Of a DNA stretch of 32,000 nucleotides, positions 26,510 through 32,000 are shown in pieces. The notes beneath the pieces are model-generated. The model saw nothing but the letters and a program-made list of their open reading frames with translations, was not told the DNA's origin and searched no databases. The DNA lies in NCBI GenBank assembly GCA_963675915.1, contig OY780959.1:1590001-1622000 (forward strand), given 5' to 3'. Both the position numbers and the translations under genes were made by a program. The stretch comes from Coprobacillaceae bacterium (GTDB lineage Bacteria; Bacillota_I; Bacilli_A; Erysipelotrichales; Coprobacillaceae). How positions within the stretch are numbered: the first letter of the stretch is position 1; every line of letters starts with the position of its first letter.

Positions 26510-26571
26510 AAAAAGTACCTCCTGTTATAACTTACAACGAAATTATAACCCGAGGCACTAAATTTTAAAAC

Positions 26572-26593
26572 GTGTCATCTATTTGACGCTTAC
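26572..26593. repeat. IS66 terminal inverted repeat (tnpA side)
   Basis: See 24159-24180. Confidence 0.85.
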
Positions 26594-27013
26594 GAAGTAT
26601 CAGCTATTGATTATATTCTAAAACCAGTTAACCCCAATAGGTTTAATCGAACACTGGACAAAATTGCCGGCGTTTTACAAAAAAATCTAAATAACGTAAT
26701 TCGTTTAAAAGCATCTAACGGATATTATACGATTGATACAAAATCTATTATTTATATCGAGGCGAATAGACACAATTGCGTTTTTCATATGATCGATGAG
26801 GATAAGCAAATAAATATCCCAATCTCAGAAGTGGAGAAATCCCTGGTAGACCATGATTTATACCGGGTTCATAGATCATTTATTGTCAACTTGAAATATA
26901 TTGGTTCATTTAACCGGCCACTCATTAAACTTACTAATGGTGATTCAGTTCCCGTAGGTCGATCAAAAATCAAAGAAGTACAAAATCTATTTTTGAAATA
27001 TTTCGGAGGGTAG
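26594..27013 (+). pseudogene. LytTR-family response regulator, 3-prime fragment (truncated by IS66)
   Basis: An open frame runs from the IS66 boundary: EVSAIDYILKPVNPNRF (end of the receiver domain), then the LytTR domain (IIYIEANRHNCVFHM...YRVHRSFIVNLKYI). The roughly 100 N-terminal codons are absent on both sides of the IS. Confidence 0.85.
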
Positions 27014-27085
27014 CAGCATGTATTTAGCATTTGAAATTCTTATCAACTTTGTGGATGAATTCTTGTCTTATTTTTCATCGATTCA

Positions 27086-28357
27086 ATGCTCGTGAATAAA
27101 AATCTCCCAATGCGCTATATAACCGCAGCAACTTTTATTTTCGTATCTTCAATCTTAACCTTGTTCACCATTCAGCAGTATAATTCAAATATAGTTTTGT
27201 TAGTATTTTTGATTTATATCATATACTCATTAATTTTCTATACCGGCCACTTTCTCTTTAAGTTTTTGGTTCCGGTTTTTGCTTTTTTCATATTTAACCT
27301 GGTCGAAATAATTACCCTTTCTCTGGTAACATCATTTTCTAGCGTGGATATCCAGCAATTAATGGGTGAAGAATTCATTAGATTAATGTTGATGCTTATA
27401 ACGCGAACAATAATATTTATTTTGATGTTTATTATTTCCTATCTGATGAATAGAGATTCCTACTCAAAAAGTATTACTAATAATGAAAGGCAAGTTTATG
27501 TATACCTGTTTGTACCGCTAGCATCTGTTTTGTCAATGGTATTTATATTAAGACATTATCTTGAATATAGTTCTGGTAATATGTATTTACTTGTAGTTTC
27601 AATAGCTTTGTTTTCCGTTAATTTAATTTCGTTTATACAAACCAGAACACTAATCACCAACCTAACCAGAAAATACAGTATCGATATGTTGTTAAAAGAG
27701 AATGAGCTAAAAACAGAACTGTATGATAGAACTATAGCGTCTTACAACCACCTCAAAGGGTGGAAACATGATATAAATATTCATCTTAACACGCTTGGCC
27801 ATCTTGCCTCTGATAAATCATATGTTCAATTGGAAGATTATATTAAGAATATAGGTTACGATCTGGAAAATAGAATTATCATAGTAAATACAGGCAACAT
27901 CTACCTTGACGCTACAATCAGCGACTTTATCAGTAAAAGTAATTCCTTGAATGTTCCACTAGATATTGAATTAGAAATTCCCGACATTTCACATATCGAA
28001 AATATTGATTTGTGTTCATTATTTGGGAATATTACTTCAAACGCCTTAGATGCTGTTCAAAAGACTGATGATAAAAGAATCAGCTTATCCGTTTCTCTAA
28101 TGCCAAATAAAATGATTAGGATTATATGCGAGAACACTTTCGATGGAAAAGTCAATCTGAATAATTCACAAATCCGTTCTAGAAAGGGCGGTTCTAACCA
28201 TGGTTACGGTTTGAAAAACATTAAGAAAATTGTTAATAAATATGGTGGAATGATGGATGTTAATTATACTGGCGCAAAATTTAAAGTTACCGTTCTAATT
28301 CCAACTGTAAACACTCGAGACAAAAAGATCTATATTTATAGTAGCGAGGCATATTAG
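27086..28357 (+). CDS. AgrC/ComD/VirS-like (HPK10) GHKL sensor histidine kinase, N-terminus frameshifted
   Basis: Multi-TM N-terminus. H-box GWKHDINIHLNTL, N-box FGNITSNALDA, G-box GSNHGYGLKNIKKIVNKYGG. The native start appears to be ATG 27018 behind GGAGGG, in a different frame that stops at 27093-27095. Confidence 0.85.
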   Translation: MLVNKNLPMRYITAATFIFVSSILTLFTIQQYNSNIVLLVFLIYIIYSLIFYTGHFLFKFLVPVFAFFIFNLVEIITLSLVTSFSSVDIQQLMGEEFIRLMLMLITRTIIFILMFIISYLMNRDSYSKSITNNERQVYVYLFVPLASVLSMVFILRHYLEYSSGNMYLLVVSIALFSVNLISFIQTRTLITNLTRKYSIDMLLKENELKTELYDRTIASYNHLKGWKHDINIHLNTLGHLASDKSYVQLEDYIKNIGYDLENRIIIVNTGNIYLDATISDFISKSNSLNVPLDIELEIPDISHIENIDLCSLFGNITSNALDAVQKTDDKRISLSVSLMPNKMIRIICENTFDGKVNLNNSQIRSRKGGSNHGYGLKNIKKIVNKYGGMMDVNYTGAKFKVTVLIPTVNTRDKKIYIYSSEAY

Positions 28358-28376
28358 GCAATTACATAATCAATAA

Positions 28377-28410
28377 ATATCCTAGGTTTAGTCACCTAGG
28401 ATATTTTTTA
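28377..28410 (+). terminator. terminator after the kinase gene
   Basis: ATATCCTAGG-TTTAGTCA-CCTAGGATAT followed by TTTTT. Confidence 0.75.
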
Positions 28411-28479
28411 TGTGCGCATTAAAACACTTAAATTGAATACCTATAGGATTTTAAAAAAAGACAGTTCAACTACCCAAAT

Positions 28480-28534
28480 AAAAAAACGACTATTCAATAG
28501 TCGTTACTTTCTTAATGGCGTCCACTAAGGGATT
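28480..28534 (-). repeat. att-like direct repeat (terminator plus tRNA-Arg 3-prime end)
   Basis: Partner of 18789-18843, offset 9,691 bp, 51 of 55 nt identical. Confidence 0.85.
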
Positions 28535-28592
28535 CGAACCCCTGACCGCACGCTTAGAAGGCGTGTGCTCTATCCAGCTGAGCTAAGTGGAC
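28516..28592 (-). tRNA. tRNA-Arg (anticodon UCU)
   Basis: 77 nt with an encoded CCA: GTCCACTTAGCTCAGCTGGATAGAGCACACGCCTTCTAAGCGTGCGGTCAGGGGTTCGAATCCCTTAGTGGACGCCA. It folds by hand into a cloverleaf with a 7-bp acceptor stem and anticodon loop CTTCTAA. Confidence 0.93.
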
Positions 28593-28628
28593 ATTAAAAC
28601 TCAATCCCAGTTTGGCTGGTGCATGATA

Positions 28629-28656
28629 ATTATACACTATTAATGTCCGTTTTCAA
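28629..28656 (-). promoter_or_regulatory. promoter of tRNA-Arg copy 1
   Basis: Minus strand TTGAAA (28656-28651), 16 nt, TATAAT (28634-28629). Confidence 0.5.
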
Positions 28657-28687
28657 AGAACAATTTACTGATATTGAGTCAAATAAA

Positions 28688-29752
28688 TTAAAACATGCTT
28701 CCTATTTTGATTGCCAGATAGATAATATAGTAGCTGATGAAAATCGATCCGGTCCGCTTCGAGATCAGTTTGAATTTATAGGTAGGAACAAACAACAGCA
28801 ATGAAGCTCCCAACATGATAGCTACATCAAGGAATATCCGCTGGTCTGGAATCGTGATTGGATTGATGAATCCGCTGATTCCAATAACCAAAAGAATGTT
28901 CATGATATTGCTGCCGACAATATTTCCCACCGCGATATCTTCCTCCTTTTTCAGGACAGCTACCAGTACTGCCACGAATTCCGGCAGTGAGGTACCAAAT
29001 GAAACCACAGTCAGTCCGATCAACTCTTCACCAAAACCGAAACTATGAGCTATTTCAACAGCGTTATCCACCGCTAATTCGGCTCCAATTATCATACCGG
29101 CCAAACCCAATAAAAACAGCGGAAGATGCTTAAAAACCTCTTTTTTACGGTTGGTTGTGACGGCCACTTTATAAGAACCCGTCTTTTCAATACATTCAAT
29201 TATCGGAATATCCTCACATTCGGGCGCTATTGCTTCCTGACTTTCCAGGTATTCAAAAAGCTGACCTTCTTCGGGAGTATCCGGAATCTCATTACGAAGG
29301 ATCTGGCGGGTTTTGTCCATGACATATCCCACAAATGCGATCATTCCGACAATCAGGACTCCGGCTTCGACTCGGGAGATGCCGTTTGAAGTGAACATCA
29401 TCACCGCCAAAAGAATCTGAATCATGATTGACAACAAAATCTCACGACGGGGAACCTGGGAATCAACGATGATTGGAGCAATAAGTGATGATAGACCGAT
29501 AACCACCGTGATATTGACAATGCTGCTTCCGACGACATCCCCGACTGCAAGCATATTGGTCCCCTGGATTCCCGAATAGATTCCAATGACTGCCTCAGGA
29601 GCACTGGTTCCCAAGGCCACCAGGAACAATCCAATGATAAAGCTGGGGATTCGCAGTATTTTAGCTGCCTTGGAAGCTTCATTTACCATCGTATCCGCAC
29701 CTTTTACCAAAAACAACAAACCGACAGCCATTATCAGAAATTTTGCAATCAT
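28688..29752 (-). CDS. CaCA-family sodium/calcium antiporter (YrbG-like)
   Basis: 354-aa polytopic protein with the two alpha-repeat motifs GTSAPE and GTSLPE. Confidence 0.9.
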   Translation of the reverse strand: MIAKFLIMAVGLLFLVKGADTMVNEASKAAKILRIPSFIIGLFLVALGTSAPEAVIGIYSGIQGTNMLAVGDVVGSSIVNITVVIGLSSLIAPIIVDSQVPRREILLSIMIQILLAVMMFTSNGISRVEAGVLIVGMIAFVGYVMDKTRQILRNEIPDTPEEGQLFEYLESQEAIAPECEDIPIIECIEKTGSYKVAVTTNRKKEVFKHLPLFLLGLAGMIIGAELAVDNAVEIAHSFGFGEELIGLTVVSFGTSLPEFVAVLVAVLKKEEDIAVGNIVGSNIMNILLVIGISGFINPITIPDQRIFLDVAIMLGASLLLFVPTYKFKLISKRTGSIFISYYIIYLAIKIGSMF

Positions 29753-29896
29753 CTTATCTCACCCGACCTTTTCAAACCACAAAACCAAATAACAATTTCT
29801 TTCTATTATTTATAACCTTAACACCATAATTTCATATCATAGAATCGGATAATAAAAGACGTTGTCGTACCGAATTTGATTATCTGAGTGCTAACT

Positions 29897-30379
29897 TTAC
29901 TTCTCATCGAGCAATCTGATGATATCATCCTCCATCGAACCGGGATCATCTTTAGGTGCTGCCCGTAATACAACTTCACCGTTGCGGGATATCAGGAACT
30001 TAGTAAAATTCCATTTGATTTTTTTCCCGAGCACCCCTTTTTTCTGGTTCTTGAGATAGGTGTATAACGGATCTTCATTGTCCCCGTTGACATCAATTTT
30101 GGCAAACTGTTCAAAAGTGATTCCAAAACGGGTTGAACAGAATTGGGCGATTTCCTCATTGGTCCCCGGTGCCTGATGACCGAACTGATTACAAGGAAAA
30201 TCCAAAATTTCCAAACCCTGATGATGATATTTTTCATACAATTTCTGCAATGGATGGTATTGGAGAGTGAAGCCACAGGCAGTAGCCGTATTAACGATAA
30301 TCAGTACTTTGCCCTTGTAATCGCCAAGGGACATCGTGGTTCCATCCATTCTTTTAACACTAAAATCATAGATATTCAT
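29897..30379 (-). CDS. glutathione peroxidase
   Basis: MNIYDFSVKRMDG..., active-site NTATACGFT, and FPCNQFG. ATG 30379 sits behind GGAGG. Confidence 0.95.
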   Translation of the reverse strand: MNIYDFSVKRMDGTTMSLGDYKGKVLIIVNTATACGFTLQYHPLQKLYEKYHHQGLEILDFPCNQFGHQAPGTNEEIAQFCSTRFGITFEQFAKIDVNGDNEDPLYTYLKNQKKGVLGKKIKWNFTKFLISRNGEVVLRAAPKDDPGSMEDDIIRLLDEK

Positions 30380-30577
30380 AATAACCTCCATATGTACAAA
30401 TAAAATATACTCTTATATATTATATTCTAAAACTCATGAAGCAATTAATCAAATAAATAACTCATTTAATCTAAAAAAGACAATTATATCAACTGTCCTT
30501 TGGTACTGTTAGATGTTCCAAAACGGAAAATCACTTCTTAATTGATTACCATTCCTTATCACTGCATTCAATATTTA

Positions 30578-30694
30578 TTAGTTGAAAAATAATAAGATTT
30601 CATGGAAATTGACAATAATCAAAGCGAGGACCGCTCCAAACATCACACAAAACGCGTTCAAGGTTATCTGCACCACTGCATCTTCAACATTCAT
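30578..30694 (-). CDS. possible 38-aa hydrophobic peptide
   Basis: MNVEDAVVQITLNAFCVMFGAVLALIIVNFHEILLFFN ending in a double TAA. There is no Shine-Dalgarno, so this is weak. Confidence 0.15.
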   Translation of the reverse strand: MNVEDAVVQITLNAFCVMFGAVLALIIVNFHEILLFFN

Positions 30695-30806
30695 ATTATT
30701 TTGAATTAACTCTGACTAGAAAATCATATAGTTTATTATCACATTCAGAGAGCACCCTCCTAATGATAAAATTATATCACAAAATCAGTTTATTTTCCCC
30801 TTGAAC

Positions 30807-30831
30807 AAAAAAACAACCCTTCCGGGTTGTT
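30807..30831 (-). terminator. terminator after tRNA-Arg copy 2
   Basis: Minus strand AACAACCC-GGAA-GGGTTGTT followed by TTTTTTT. Confidence 0.75.
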
Positions 30832-30841
30832 AGTATTCAAA

Positions 30842-30918
30842 TGGCGTCCACTAAGGGATTCGAACCCCTGACCGCACGCTTAGAAGGCGTGTGCTCTATC
30901 CAGCTGAGCTAAGTAGAC
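30842..30918 (-). tRNA. tRNA-Arg (anticodon UCU), second copy
   Basis: Identical to 28516-28592 except tRNA position 4 (C to U, giving a U4-G70 wobble). Confidence 0.93.
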
Positions 30919-30936
30919 ATTTTCGACTGCCATGAA

Positions 30937-30965
30937 ATAATAACATACTTGGCAGTCAGTATCAA
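30937..30965 (-). promoter_or_regulatory. promoter of tRNA-Arg copy 2
   Basis: Minus strand TTGATA (30965-30960), 17 nt, TATTAT (30942-30937). Confidence 0.55.
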
Positions 30966-30987
30966 GCCTTTTTTTGATTTTTTTTAG

Positions 30988-31014
30988 AAAAATAAAACCC
31001 CGGAAAATCCGAGG
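30988..31014 (-). terminator. terminator after the phosphoesterase gene
   Basis: Minus strand CCTCGGA-TTT-TCCGGGG followed by TTTTATTTTTC. Confidence 0.65.
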
Positions 31015-31015
31015 T

Positions 31016-31480
31016 CTAAACTAGCTCGATCAGCTCATAGTCGATCTTTCCCGATTCGACATACAGAACCATATAACTCTTGTTCGAGCCGCCTCGAGGC
31101 AGTCTCGATGAACCCGGATTGATCAGGGTGAAACCATCGACTTCCTTGAATTGGGGCACATGAGTATGACCGGAAAGCAAAACATCGCAGTTGGAATACT
31201 TCAAATCTTCAACCATCTGTCTATCGCGATCGAAATAACCGTAACGGTCCCCGTGAGTAACCAGGAAAGCGACTCCTTCACAGTCAAACTTCTCAGCTAC
31301 CGGAAAATTACTGGTCCAGTCGTTGTTGCCGGACACTGCAATAAATCCTTCCAGATCATCTTCGGTTCCTTCGCTATCACCGCAATGAACAAATATATCG
31401 GCATCTTCATTCTGTTCCTTGATCAGATCAACTGAAAGGGAAGCGCCGTGATTATCAGATACAACTACAATTTTTTTCAA
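31016..31480 (-). CDS. YfcE/YsnB-family metallophosphoesterase
   Basis: 154 aa with the motifs VSDNHG, HCGD, GNND, THGD and SGHTH. Confidence 0.9.
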   Translation of the reverse strand: MKKIVVVSDNHGASLSVDLIKEQNEDADIFVHCGDSEGTEDDLEGFIAVSGNNDWTSNFPVAEKFDCEGVAFLVTHGDRYGYFDRDRQMVEDLKYSNCDVLLSGHTHVPQFKEVDGFTLINPGSSRLPRGGSNKSYMVLYVESGKIDYELIELV

Positions 31481-31482
31481 CT

Positions 31483-32000
31483 TTAATCTCCTAAATTCAA
31501 ATATTTTACTTCGATATCACCATAGTCAAAGAATCCCTGTGATGAAAATACAAATTCTTCGACATCACCGGTAGTGTTAATTTCAACGTTGCCACCACTG
31601 CTGTTAAGCAAATCGTTATGCTCGAGGTACTTTTCAACTTCATAACAAATGGCGTGTGACGATGAAATGCATTTGACATTGGGCATGACCGTTTCAATCT
31701 GACCAGTCAAAATCGGATAATGGGTGCACCCCAAGATGATGCTTTCCACTTTGCCTTTGTATTCATCCAGGTATTCATGGAGAGTATCAAAGATTCCATT
31801 TTTATAAATTCCTGATTCCACCAGGGGAACCAGAGCTGGAGTCGCTTTGGCAAATATTTTTATATTTCGGTTCAACTTTAGAATTTCATCACTGTATTTG
31901 TGAGATTTTATTGTCGCTTCAGTGGCAATGATCAAAGTGCTGGTGAAGCCCTGACTGATAAAATCACTGACAGTGGCATCGATAACCCCGATGATTTTGA
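31483..32000 (-). CDS. murI: glutamate racemase (partial, N-terminus beyond window edge)
   Basis: Contains the ILGCTHYP signature. The reading frame stays open to position 32000 (...KIIGVIDATVSDFISQGFTSTLIIATEAT...). Confidence 0.9.
   Translation of the reverse strand, partial: KIIGVIDATVSDFISQGFTSTLIIATEATIKSHKYSDEILKLNRNIKIFAKATPALVPLVESGIYKNGIFDTLHEYLDEYKGKVESIILGCTHYPILTGQIETVMPNVKCISSSHAICYEVEKYLEHNDLLNSSGGNVEINTTGDVEEFVFSSQGFFDYGDIEVKYLNLGD

Larger units (their letters stand above)
24159..26593 (-). mobile_element. IS66-family insertion sequence (2,435 bp)
   Basis: Terminal inverted repeats begin with GTAAGCG, the IS66 hallmark, and match 20 of 22 nt. It has the three canonical ORFs tnpA-tnpB-tnpC. 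The flanking 8-mers differ (AACCTTTG versus GAAGTATC). Confidence 0.92.

Noticed and set aside
18844-28479. Integrase, excisionase or other site-specific recombinase expected next to the tRNA-proximal att repeat
   Set aside because: No ORF or frame fragment shows tyrosine-recombinase (R..H..R..Y) or serine-recombinase motifs. The only recombination genes are the DDE transposases of the two mobile elements.
28619-28804. 61-aa + strand ORF at the CaCA gene 3-prime end
   Set aside because: It is antisense to the CaCA gene and overlaps the tRNA promoter region, with no SD.
29422-30403. Alternative-frame ORFs inside the CaCA and glutathione peroxidase genes (29422-29682, 29586-29792, 29992-30276, 30143-30403)
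   Set aside because: They are shadow frames of genes that carry diagnostic motifs.
28593-30841. Treating the CaCA-gpx segment as a second bona fide integrated island between att repeats
   Set aside because: Both flanking tRNA genes are complete and have unrelated flanks and separate promoters. There is no partial-tRNA scar and no mobility gene, so I keep it only as a low-interest note.

Overview
Low-GC Firmicute-type chromosomal segment. The gene order tig-lon-engB...valS...radC-mreCD...rplU resembles Bacilli/Erysipelotrichia, but the exact taxon cannot be determined from this window. Positions 1-18.5 kb are an ordinary, mostly minus-strand housekeeping block: rplU with leader, mreCD, radC, valS behind a T-box, engB, lon, tig, a LysR/YeiH pair, and nifS-nadA with a divergent Rrf2 regulator. 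Positions 18.8-28.5 kb are a visibly more AT-rich accessory island. It is bounded by 55-bp direct repeats derived from the 3-prime end plus terminator of a tRNA-Arg(UCU) gene. I found no integrase in the island. It carries a decayed cluster of small membrane/lipoprotein genes and a decayed LytTR/HPK10 two-component pair (response regulator truncated, kinase frameshifted). It also carries an IS66-family element with no target duplication. The most interesting item is a precisely delimited 3,313-bp transposon with TGT...ACA inverted repeats and a 6-bp ATATAG target duplication. It has four coupled genes: a Cys4 zinc-ribbon protein, a DDE transposase, an ExeA/TniB-type AAA+ ATPase and an orphan 102-aa protein. 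I could not match that organisation to a classical IS or Tn family. Positions 28.5-32 kb hold tRNA-Arg, a CaCA antiporter, glutathione peroxidase, a second tRNA-Arg, a YfcE-type phosphoesterase and a partial murI. All calls come from reading the sequence and the ORF track; no database search was run.
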